Source of the DNA: Squatina squatina | Lineage: Eukaryota | Direction of reading: 5' to 3' | Length of the DNA stretch: 36,915 nucleotides | NCBI GenBank assembly: GCA_031763465.1 | Contig: JARFOE010000080.1 | Coordinates: forward strand, 9,557,159-9,594,073 | Shown: positions 1 through 10,400 of the stretch, in pieces | Position numbering within the stretch: the first letter of the stretch is position 1 | Layout: the number at the start of each line of letters is the position of its first letter | Notes under the pieces: generated by a model | What the model was told of the DNA's origin: nothing | The model's database searches: none | The model's input: only the letters and a program-made list of their open reading frames with translations | Program-made: the position numbers and the translations under genes

Positions 1-180
1 AATGTGGTTGACTTTTATCTGCCCTCTGAAATGGCCTAGCAAGACACTCAGTTGTAAACAACTGCTACTGCAGTTGTTCAAGAAGGCAGATCATCACCAC
101 CTTCTCCAGGGTAACTAGGATGGGTAATAAATGCTGGCCTTGCCAGTGACGTGACATTCCAGGAACAAATTTTAAAAAAT
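1..180 (+). mobile_element. 3' tail of a CR1/L2-clade LINE or its partner SINE
   Basis: gccctctgaaatggcctagcaag..ttcaagaaggcag..caccaccttctc..gggtaataaatgctggccttgccag plus A-rich end. Reverse-complement copies occur at 5478-5610 and 28321-28440. Confidence 0.7.
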
Positions 181-449
181 GGTCCTCCAACAGTAAATAT
201 TTTGTTGAGAATCCATAATAGTCCAAATTATACATGGTTTGTTGGAAATGTTTTGATTGATAGCTTTCTCATATCATGTTTACTTATGTTCCTCTATGTT
301 CCTTTATTATCTTTGCCCACCATTTTACTCTTTGCACCCTCCTGTACACAATTATATCTGTATACACACACGACAGCAAGACAGCTTTATTAAAATTATT
401 AAACCCAGATTGATCTCTTGATTCCAACTTGTGTGCACAAAATTGCCAA

Positions 450-565
450 TAAAGAAAACCTGGATTTAAAATAACATCTTTACAACTTCAGCCTATCCCA
501 AACACTTCACAGACACTGAAGTACTTTTTCAAGTGTAGTCACTATTGTAATGTAGGGAAATTGCA
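450..565 (-). mobile_element. DeuSINE (SacSINE1/AmnSINE-like) 3' fragment
   Basis: Reverse complement reads ..ttccctacattacaatagtgactacacttgaaaaagtacttcag.., matching the recalled Deu-domain 3' part and tail. Confidence 0.65.
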
Positions 566-3173
566 AATCACAGTTTAACACAGACTTTCAAACTAAAGAT
601 AATAACATGGGACCTTGAACACGGATTAGCACTTGCACTCAGTAAGAGGAAATTGGATTTCTTTTGTGTGTTATTGCAGTTGTACAGTATTCAATCTTTC
701 TTTCTCTGAATGCTGAAGTTTTATCAATCGGTAGGCATTAGTCAATTTATTCAGTGTTTCAAATGTACAACAAAACCTGTTTGAAAAGCAAAGCAAAACA
801 TTTTCACCAAAATAATTCCTCGGTAAAGCAAAGTTGGCTTCAATCTAAAAACTCATGTAAACTTACAGTCGTTATCTGATTCTCACTTGCAGTTAAGACT
901 TTGTAATAAAACTACCTCGATAAACATTTCTTCCCCTATTTCANNNNNNNNNNNNNNNNNNNNNNNNNNNNNNNNNNNNNNNNNNNNNNNNNNNNNNNNN
1001 NNNNNNNNNNNNNNNNNNNNNNNNNNNNNNNNNNNNNNNNNNNCTAACTCATAACTCAAGTGTATTTACCAATTACATTTCTGGAAATGGTGGCTGCTTG
1101 CCAGGCTATGAGTGCATAATAGAGCCCAATACACCCACACAGAAAATATCTTCTCCACTTTCTTTGTCCTGCCTCTGCATCACATCAAAGAAAGAAAAAA
1201 AAGATTCTGCAATTTACTCTGAAGGTCAGTGTTACTTCACCTTTATGTGGTTTCTAGACTTAATATGGATCTGTAAGGCTTTATTGTCCTCTATACTTTT
1301 ATATGAAATTGCAGTTACATGTGGCCCACAGTGTTGCTGCAAACGTCGGTATTAATATATTTATTAGGCACTAACAGCAATGGAAAATTGTACGAGCAGA
1401 AATGGCTGCAACACTAAACATCTGTGTGGAACCATACATCAGTACTTGCCCACATTACAAATTCCTTCTGCATATGCACAGCCAGTGATTGCCAAAGGGG
1501 AAATGAAGGCCTGAAATCTTTAAAGTGTGATTAAACATCAATAGTAGAATTCATGTGTAAAACTGTCTTACGACATTAAGAATGGGCTAAAGATTGACAG
1601 ACACAACCTTTAGTCTCTTCATTCAATAATCAGATTTCCTAATGTGGCATGGTTGTTCACCCAAATATTCATTACTGCTTAAAGATATTAACAGTGATTA
1701 AATACGCCTGTGAAATTTTAATTCACTGCAGCAGAAAAGCAGGCAGTCCTATCCTGTGGCAATCAATGACAGCCAATTATCCCTGAGGTAGCCAGTTAAA
1801 CACTACCTGGGAGATTTAAGCTGAAAGCAATGTGTGCACATCTAGATACAAATAATAATGTTTATCTGATAATCTTGTAAATCTCCTTTGTTATAAGAGA
1901 AAAATGACTTCAAATATTAATTTCATTTTTAATAACGTATAGTTTATGGTCCAGTGAGCTGCAGCTACTTTTAATACCAAATCTTCAATGGTTTTACTGA
2001 CAAATTTTAATTTATTTCGGAATATCTCAAATGCTTCTGGCAACAGGTACAAATGGTAAGCACAATGTTGGCAATAAAACATTCATTTTCACACTAGTAG
2101 ATAAGGAAAAGCCATTTTATGCAAGTATGATTTCTAGAACTATTTTGACTCGCAAGTAAACAATTTGTGGTAAATTGTTTTGTACATCTACCTTATTCTT
2201 ATTCTGTATCATATGGCATGTCATTTATAATTTCATGTTAAAATGGAGTTTTATAACTGAATGAAATATAGCTGGATGCACAAAAGCAGCCATTTCAAGG
2301 ATGATAGCTCCCCTCGCTGTCTCGACTACTTGTGCAAGTGCAGCTGGCTCATTTCCCTTCTACACATAACCAAAATATCTTGCATCGCAACAAATGAACT
2401 GTCCTTATTTATCCATTTAATGAAAAGTAAAACTTAAATTAAAAATGAATTTAGAATTCATATCAATTCAGATTAAATTTGCATCTTTTAGGTGTGCTGT
2501 TTCACAACTAGCAGAGAAGGTAAATTTAAATATACCAAGGCCTTCTGCCGTTGAGATTTTCTTTCATGTTTTCCATGTGATTTTTCTTTGAATAACAGCA
2601 TCACAGACAATCACAAGTGTTGTGCAATACTGCTCTTAGTGGACTGTGTATGATTTTTTTTAATAGCAGGCCAGGCTGCAATTTCACCAACCATTTTTGC
2701 AGGACTATCGTGGGATGTTTACACTAAAATAAACAGAAGACAAGTTTTGCCAGATATATGTTATTGCTCATAATTTGTGCTATAAAAATATCTGTTGTAT
2801 GTCTTATTTGCAGAGTAAACATCACCAGCTACTTACTCGCTACTACTTCTGAATGTACTGAAGATATTTAAATACATATGCAATAGCTGCTCACAACATT
2901 CACAATCTCTAGTTTGCCGATCAGCTGTATCCTTCAAATAATTCAGATATACTGGAAAAAAACTTAAAATGAAAGAATTATGCATACTTCCTAGTTAGTT
3001 TCATTTTTAGCTGCTAGTCACTAACTATCCATGTAGTCTGGGAATTAAAGCCATTCCTATTTATATACTACCCNNNNNNNNNNNNNNNNNNNNNNNNNNN
3101 NNNNNNNNNNNNNNNNNNNNNNNNNNNNNNNNNNNNNNNNNNNNNNNNNNNNNNNNNNNNNNNNNNNNNNNNN

Positions 3174-3250
3174 CTACCGATGTTAGGCTAACTGGTCTAT
3201 AATTCCCTGTTTTCTCTCTCCCTCCCTTTTTAAAAAGTGGGGTTACATTA
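3174..3250 (-). mobile_element. CR1 LINE ORF2 fragment
   Basis: Translates NVTPLFKKGGREKTGNYRPVSLTSV, the canonical CR1 motif just upstream of the RT domain. Confidence 0.9.
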
Positions 3251-3386
3251 TGAAAGTCATGTGGAAGAATTACTACCAGGAATTTAGGTGCAAGGTCAAC
3301 AGGCCCCACAAGATTTGCTGTCTGGGAGCAGGAGTTCATAAAATCTTTGTGTGGAACTTAAATGTCTAATTATCTAATTAAATTTG

Positions 3387-3570
3387 AAATGCTGGAAATA
3401 TAAGCATCTGAAATTAGAAAAAATAGATTGACTTTTCAGGCAGAGATCCTTCAGTAGAATTGATTCTGAGGAAAGGCCCTCAATCCTGCTCTTCCTCTCT
3501 ACATCATGACAGGCTTGTTGTATATGCCTAGCATTTTCTGCTTTCATTTTAGACTTTCAATATTTGCCAT
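3387..3570. mobile_element. Decayed palindromic Penelope-like terminal repeat remnant
   Basis: Inverted arms aaatgctggaaata ... tatgcctagcatttt around ttttcaggcagagatccttcagtagaa / ttctgaggaaagg. Resembles a common shark palindromic repeat whose consensus carries CTGATGA..GAAAC. Confidence 0.5.
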
Positions 3571-3873
3571 TTTTTAAAATCTCAAAGTAAAATACCTTTA
3601 TTTAGCATGGTGAAGGATTAATGCGGATGGATGTTGCTGCATCGCCACATTGTTGAAGAAACGGATGTGCTAATTGCCACTGAAAAACAATTCAAGAGTA
3701 AATTGACTTGAACTGGGTCATTTCAGATAGACAGTTCAGTTTTGGTGCTGATCGCTAACACTAGAGTCCAACTACTGTAAATGATCTATCAACCTAGACT
3801 TTCAGACCGGGCCTTCAATTGGATGGCAGTCAGGCAGTAAGTAGTTAGCACATGCCTATCCATTAGTGTGGAT

Positions 3874-4034
3874 AATAGCCAAGTCCCCAATCAGAGATGC
3901 TATTGATGACGAGCACTCACTCCCTCAATGCTAATTAAACTGCTCTTGAAAATATGACCAAGAGCAGTTTAATTAGGATTGAGAGAGTGAGCAGTCGACA
4001 TCAATAGCGTCTCTGATTGGGGGCTTGGCCTATT
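3874..4034. repeat. Long inverted repeat / hairpin (75-76 bp arms, 10-nt loop)
   Basis: Left arm 3874-3948 vs reverse complement of 3959-4034 differs by 8 mismatches and 1 indel; the inner 18 bp (ctaattaaactgctcttg) are perfect. Confidence 0.95.
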
Positions 4035-4617
4035 CGGGTAACAAATTATGTGCTTAAAGAGCTGCAGCAGTTTAAAAGAATTGGAGTGAAACTGCTACCT
4101 CTGCAGGTGTAGAGTCTTACTCAAAGAATGAGTTTTCACGTGTTCCTGCAGGGCAGCAGTGCTGATATAAATTGCTATAGCTGCTGCCCACCAGACTGTA
4201 GGCGGGCCGAGTATTCCACCTGCCGTAACAGTGACTTTCCTATTATACTACAGTGAGGAGTATAAAGCTAAGCTGTGCTGCAAGTATCAGGATTGAATAC
4301 ACGAGCACTTTCACTGCCGTCGGGGCCATATCTGATCTATCTGCTCTTCAGCAAGATCAACACATCTTTACTTACTTCAGCGTGCAAAAGTGTGTAACAG
4401 AAAAATCTCTTGTGGCCCACGACAGACTGCTGCATGTACAACTGGCAGAGTTAAACACTGTGAATAGATGCGTAAAAGTAACAGAGACACAATGTCACTC
4501 AATCTACACTAGTTTTANNNNNNNNNNNNNNNNNNNNNNNNNNNNNNNNNNNNNNNNNNNNNNNNNNNNNNNNNNNNNNNNNNNNNNNNNNNNNNNNNNN
4601 NNNNNNNNNNNNNNNNN

Positions 4618-4712
4618 TTAATAACAATGACGACACTGCAAAGGCCATTCATTGGCTGCAAAGTGCTTTTCAAATGGTGAAATGCACTATATAAATGCAA
4701 GTTTTTTCTTTA
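4618..4712 (+). mobile_element. DeuSINE 3' tail
   Basis: ttcattggctgcaaagtgctttt..gtgaaatgcactatataaatgcaagttttttcttt. Confidence 0.7.
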
Positions 4713-5477
4713 TCTTTAAACAATTCTGGACAGAGCTCGAGGATAATATCAGATTTAGTTCTGCACATAACTTAAGGATAACTCTTTCAAAGTAACCCCT
4801 CAGCTGAATGAATTTGTGATCTGTGACCTTGTTACTTATTTCAATTTTTTTCTGGGTTAGTCAGATTCCTATACCCAAGATTAATATTTCATAGTTAGTA
4901 TGGAATGCCTGTACATAATTCTGTCACTGCAAAATTCAATGATTTGCATCGTAAGCTGTTTGCTAGCCCATGCTTAAAGGCTTTACTGGTTTATACTGTT
5001 AACATCAGCCTGTAGAACATGATGAAAGGCCTAAATCCAGGCAGATATAAAATGCATCAGATGTCATCCACATTCTTTAAAGCTGAAGTCAGTACAGCAG
5101 CAGCCCAAAGCCATCATTTTTCAACAGTGATAAAGCTTCATTGGAAGCAAGGTGACTTAAGGCTTTTTACTCCATGTCGATATGTGTATTATAAATCATT
5201 ATGTCACTTCCTGATCAATTGGGAATGACCTTTATCTGCACAAAAAGATACTATCAAATATTTTATGGATCCCAGTGGCTTACAGCCTCAGAAATCACAG
5301 CTCTGGAAGCAAAAATGACCTGGAAGAATCCACTAATGTTGAGGATTTTTGAAGAGTTATTGAGATAATCTTGAAATAAAATTTAGTGTATTTATTGTTC
5401 ACTTTGAATCTTTAGTCTTCAGCAAATGGTTAAGTCTGCATCTTTTTTTAAATAATTGTCAATGTTCTTCTTTCTCT

Positions 5478-5610
5478 ATTTTTTATTCATTATTGGGCTG
5501 TTGGCATCGCTGGTATTAATTGCCCATCCCTAGTTGGCCTGAGAACAATGTGGTCAGCCTTCTTCAAGAGCCGCGGTGGTCCTTATGGTAACAATGCTGT
5601 TAAGTAGAGA
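5478..5610 (-). mobile_element. LINE/SINE 3' tail, same family as 1-180
   Basis: ttttattcat..ggcatcgctgg..attgcccatccctagttggcctgag..ccttcttcaag is the reverse complement of the motif at 70-180. Confidence 0.65.
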
Positions 5611-5613
5611 GTC

Positions 5614-6128
5614 ACATAAGAACATAGGAACAGGCGTAGGGAATTTAGCCCCTGGAGCCTGTTCCACCATTCAATTAGATCGTGGCTGATCAGAACCTGA
5701 GCTTAACTTAGTCGCATTTGTTCCATAAAAATCAATCAAACCCAGTCTCGAAAATTTCAATTGACCCAGCATCTGCAGCCTTTTTGGGGTGCAAGTTCCT
5801 GATTTCCGCTAGCCTTTGTGTGCAAAAATACCTCCTGTTTTCAATCCCAAATGGCCCAGCTCTCATTTTAAGATTATGCCCTCTTGTTTTGGATTCCCCC
5901 ACCAGAGGAAATAGTTTCTACCTTGTTGAATCCATTTCTCATTTTAAAGACCTCGATTAGATCACCCCTCAACTTGCTAAACTCAAGGGAATACAAGCAA
6001 AATTTATGCAACCTGTCCCCATAATTTAACCATTTAAGCCCTGGTCAACCTGCGCTGAACCCCTTTCCGAGGCGTAATATATTTTTCCTGAGGTTCATTG
6101 CCCAAAACTGAATGCAGTACTCCAGATT
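5614..6128 (-). mobile_element. CR1 LINE 3' end, 5'-truncated
   Basis: Starts acataagaacataggaacaggcgtagg..cccctggagcctgttccaccattcaattagatcgtggctgat (CR1 3' UTR and tail, reversed), followed by decayed ORF2 C-terminus. Confidence 0.85.
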
Positions 6129-6420
6129 TAAATCCACCCCCAGATGTTTTTTTCCCTTTTGTCTTTTTCTTTAATAAGCTTGAATAAAACTAAAGTAAAC
6201 TTATGAACTAAATTATGATGTTATTCCTGGTGTCCACAAAACACGCCAGTCCTTGTGGTGCCCACCAGTTGCAGAAAGACTCTAGCATACTGGTGGCACT
6301 GCATGCTCCATCTCCAGGGTCACCAAGATCACAGAAGAGAGGCAGGCAACCAGAATAGACCCCCTCCCCCCCACCCCGGGCTGTGTTCGAGGCTACCTTG
6401 GCCAGGCCCAGAGTTGGGAG

Positions 6421-6500
6421 CATAAGAATATAAATAGGAGCAAGAGTAGGCCAAATGGCCCCTGAGCCTGCTCCGCCATTCAATAAGATATCATAGCTGA
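6421..6500 (-). mobile_element. Short CR1 3' tail
   Basis: cataagaatataaataggagcaagagtaggcc..cccctgagcctgctccgccattcaataagat. Confidence 0.8.
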
Positions 6501-6511
6501 TAATAAGAACA

Positions 6512-6830
6512 TAATCTAGACTGACACTTTAGTGCTATACTGAGGAAATGCTGCACTGTCGGAGATGCAATAAGACTTTATGCTGTCTGCTTTTTGTGGA
6601 TTTTAAATGATCCAATGGTGCAATTTGAAAAAGAGCAGGGAGTTGTGCCAGACAATATTTCATCAACCAAACAACCAAAAGTAGATGAACTGGTTATCTA
6701 TCTCAGGACACCAGTGTGCAAAATGTATTTGCCTATAATTGATGATTTCAAAGTAATTAATTGTATGCAAAGGACTTCAGAATGCTTCAGAGATTTAATA
6801 TGGAAAAGTGCAATTTGATTCGTCTTTAAG
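6512..6830 (+). mobile_element. DeuSINE (SacSINE1-like), decayed
   Basis: ctgacactttagtgctatactgaggaaatgctgcactgtcggagatgc..gatccaatggtgcaatttgaaaaagagcagggagtt..caatatttcatcaaccaa. Confidence 0.75.
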
Positions 6831-7159
6831 GGATTAACGTTTCTTTGATAATGTCATCACTAAATGTTTGAGCAAAGAAAGAAAAATCGAAAAGTCAACA
6901 GAAATGGGTAGAACAAAAAAAAAGCATGTGATCAATTTTGGTAACTTACTTTTAACTACATTAAAGCTTCTTCGCCATCATCACTGCCAAATAAAATATT
7001 TTAGAATGGCAAAAAGATACATCAAAGNNNNNNNNNNNNNNNNNNNNNNNNNNNNNNNNNNNNNNNNNNNNNNNNNNNNNNNNNNNNNNNNNNNNNNNNN
7101 NNNNNNNNNNNNNNNNNNNNNNNNNNNGGAGCTTGGAGTTGGTGGGAAGGACTCTCAGT

Positions 7160-9578
7160 ATGGAATCGGGATGCTCAAAGGCTGTAACCCGCTTTAATGA
7201 CGCCTCCCTTGATGTACTGCTGGGAGCAGTGAGGAGTCAGAGAGAGATGCTACTCCCTAGCAACGGGAGGAATAAATTGTTGATGACATCAAGAAGGCGT
7301 GGCTGGAGGTGGCACAGGAGGTTAACAGCAGGAACGTAGTGCCACGCTCATGGATTCAGTGCAGGAAGCACGTTAATGATCTAACCATTCACCTACATCC
7401 CTGCTGTACTCATCACTCCAACCCCTCACTCAGCCTTCTCAAGCCTACTCCATCACATCACTCCTCACACCCACTTAGCTTGCACACCCACCCATCCTTC
7501 TCTTTCTGTGCACTTCCTCAAATCCCCATCTACCCATCCACCACTCCCACTCACCCTCCTCATGCAGTTCCATGCCTCTCCCTTATAATCACCCTCACCA
7601 AATGCAGTCCATCCATCGGCTGAACTCATGTCATTACACACTCTCATAGTTTGTTCTTTCCCTCATTGCACGAGAAGAGAGCACAGAACACAAGAAAGAG
7701 GGAGAGAACCAGAGGTGGCCCTCTACACGTTTAACAACTGACAAGTAGAGGTGGTGGTGCTGGAAACCAGCAGAGCCTCAGCATCCCTGGCTTTCAGAGA
7801 TGGGGAGCCCCCCACTACCTGGTGACACAATTAAACCTCAGCCACCCACATGTTATACAGCACTCAGGATTTGACATAAGGTTTGCCGCAACTGTTGAGC
7901 TATTGGCGTTGGAGCATGATGCACCCGAACCAAGACCTGGGTTGTTGAGCTTTTGATCTCAGGGGACCCGGCATGATAAGATGAGTGCCATATTCTTCCA
8001 CAGTGTCCTTGAAACTAGTGTTTGCTCCCCTGGGGCTTTTCCTTCCTATCAGTGGATGCACGTTGTGCTTTGCTAATGTATCTTGGGCTCCTTTTCACTG
8101 ATGATCATGTCATGGGAGCTAGTGAGGTAGCTGCCATCTGATAGGCTCTTGGAATTGAAGTGTCTCTTGGCTGTGTGCAGTGAGGATCCAGAGCTTTTTG
8201 CCTGACGCTGCTCCCTATCAACAACAANNNNNNNNNNNNNNNNNNNNNNNNNNNNNNNNNNNNNNNNNNNNNNNNNNNNNNNNNNNNNNNNNNNNNNNNN
8301 NNNNNNNNNNNNNNNNNNNNNNNNNNNGGCAAAATCGGTGCAGGAATGGGAGAAATTTCAGATGCAGCTTCTGGTTTTATGCACGTGGACGAAATTCCAT
8401 CACGTCCTTCGTAACAAGATCTGTGAAAATGTTGTGATGAATTTGACACTTAGCATCCAAGAGGGACTTCAGTACCTAGAAGTGGAAATACTGAGAGTGG
8501 AAGTATTAACTGCGAGTCACGTTGGGAGCAAGGGTGGGGAGGTGTCTGATATTGTGTGGAAAGTAATTTCAGCGTGTCTGTCTGTGGCCTATTAACACAA
8601 CCACCTCATTATCATTTTACTTCTGGGTTTGATGTCGATTGAGAAGTAGAGGGCGTGGTGTGGACTCGCATGACATCATCTCTGCCAGGAACTTCACGTG
8701 TGCAGCAGGAGTAGCTGGACCTTGTGGATGATGACTCGTCAGAGGAGCTCATTTGTTCTGAGTGTGCACAGCTTACCATACACCAACTCAGATACCTGCA
8801 CTTTGGTGGGACCAGTTAGAGAGATAGTTGGGTTTTCACCTGGTGACTCACATTTCACAAGTGAGCAAGAGTAGATGTTGGTGGCTGGGAAAGGTGTGGA
8901 GAGTTTGCGTCGGAAGGTGCAGCCCACTCCAAATTTTGCTCAGCTGAACGTAGATGTTGTACCCTTGGGGCTGTCAATGAAAAGTATAATAGTTGAGGAG
9001 CACCAGAGAATATGTGATGTACTGGTAGACCTTCCAAGCACAATGACCACGATTGCAGAAAGAATGGAGGAGTCCACCTCAAGCATGAGTGGGTTGATGT
9101 CACAGGGCATTGCGATGATGTTTTCTCGCAGGAAAGAGTGACCAGCTCCGTGGAACATCAAATGCAGCTATCAAATGAGTCCATGCACACCTTGATCACA
9201 GCCATGCACACCCTGGATGCCAACACGTCTGCCACCTTAAATAGGATGACAGATACGTTAGTGTTGGCATTACAGCACCACACTGATCTGTACGAAAGTG
9301 CTCTCCAGCAGTGAAGTGTGGCTGGCCCAAGAGAAGGATGATGGTGAAAGTGGACCCAAAAGTGGGAACTTTGCTCAAAGCGCTTTCACTCTCACCTGTT
9401 GCCACCCCCCACCCCCACCTCACCCCCACTCCAAGTCAGTACCTGACATGCTGCCTCATATCCCGGTGGCCAAATCTGCCCCTGCACCATTGGTGGAGAC
9501 TCTATGCCAGGGCCCTCATGGGCTCCAAAACCCAGAGGTTGTCGGCCAAGAGCATCTCAGCAGTCAGAGCAGGGATCT
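7160..9578 (+). mobile_element. Pseudogenised Myb/SANT-like DNA-binding gene of a Harbinger (PIF) DNA transposon, multi-exon
   Basis: MESGCSKAVTRFNDASLDVLLGAVRSQREMLLPSNGR, a frameshift near 7280, then IKKAWLEVAQEVNSRNVVPRSWIQCRKHVNDL (Myb/SANT-like RF..L..L / W..VA / R.W.QC.K..DL pattern). Next piece EKRAQNTRKRERTRGGP at about 7672-7722. Low-complexity and coiled-coil C-terminal part at about 8740-9560 with stops and frameshifts. Confidence 0.8.
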
Positions 9579-9723
9579 NNNNNNNNNNNNNNNNNNNNNN
9601 NNNNNNNNNNNNNNNNNNNNNNNNNNNNNNNNNNNNNNNNNNNNNNNNNNNNNNNNNNNNNNNNNNNNNNNNNNNNNNCGTGCTCTGTACTATCTCTGTA
9701 ATCTGTAACAGTATCTGTAATGT

Positions 9724-10165
9724 TTGAACTGCTTCCACCGCCCTTTTAGGTAATGCAATCCAGATCACAACAACTTGCTGCATAGAAGAAATTCTCCTAA
9801 TTTCCCCTCCAGATTTTTTGCCAATTATCTTAAATCTATGTCCTCTGATTATCATCCCTCCTTCTCTGTTCTAAGGAGAACAACCCAGCTCCTCTAGTCT
9901 CACCACATAACTGAAGTCCCTCATCCCTGGGAGCATTCAGGTAAACCTCCTCTGCACCCTCTCCAAGGCTTTGACATCCTTTCTAAAATGTGGTGCGTAG
10001 AATTGAACACAATACTCTAGCTGAGGCCTAATCAGTGATTCATAAAGGTTTACCAAAACTTCCTTGCTCTTGCGCTCTCGTCCTCTATAATGCCCACGAT
10101 CATCCCGTATGCTTTATTAACAATCTTATCAACTTGTCTTGCCCCTTCAAAGATTTGTTTATGCT
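9724..10165 (-). mobile_element. CR1 LINE ORF2 C-terminal fragment
   Basis: Minus strand translates RGHRFKIIGKKSGGEIRRISSMQQVVVIWIALPKRAVEA (CR1 RGH..K..R..FF.QRVV..WN.LP..VEA); also ctcctctgcaccctctccaagg..gaattgaacacaatactc. Confidence 0.88.
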
Positions 10166-10242
10166 AGTTCACTAATTACCATTTATTTTAGCCCCCTCCT
10201 CTCTAGTGAGGCGCCATGGATCGGAGATAGGGCTGTAAGATT

Positions 10243-10400
10243 GGGGGTAATTGTAACCTAACCCACCCGATGGCAAACTGACGGGATCGGCCGCCCGCTT
10301 TACACCCCGTCCCGATTTTACTTCCCACTGAAGTCAATCTGGGTTGTAAAACTGGTGGTTCACCCTCTCCCATCGGGTGAGGTAGGTTAGAATTACCACC
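10243..10400. mobile_element. MITE (158 bp) with 31-bp terminal inverted repeats, probably Harbinger-derived
   Basis: Left gggggtaattgtaacctaacccacccgatgg vs reverse complement of right ggtggtaattctaacctacctcacccgatgg (27/31 identical). Internal palindromy tttacacccc/gggttgtaaa. Flanks att/act may be a decayed 3-bp TSD. Confidence 0.75.
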
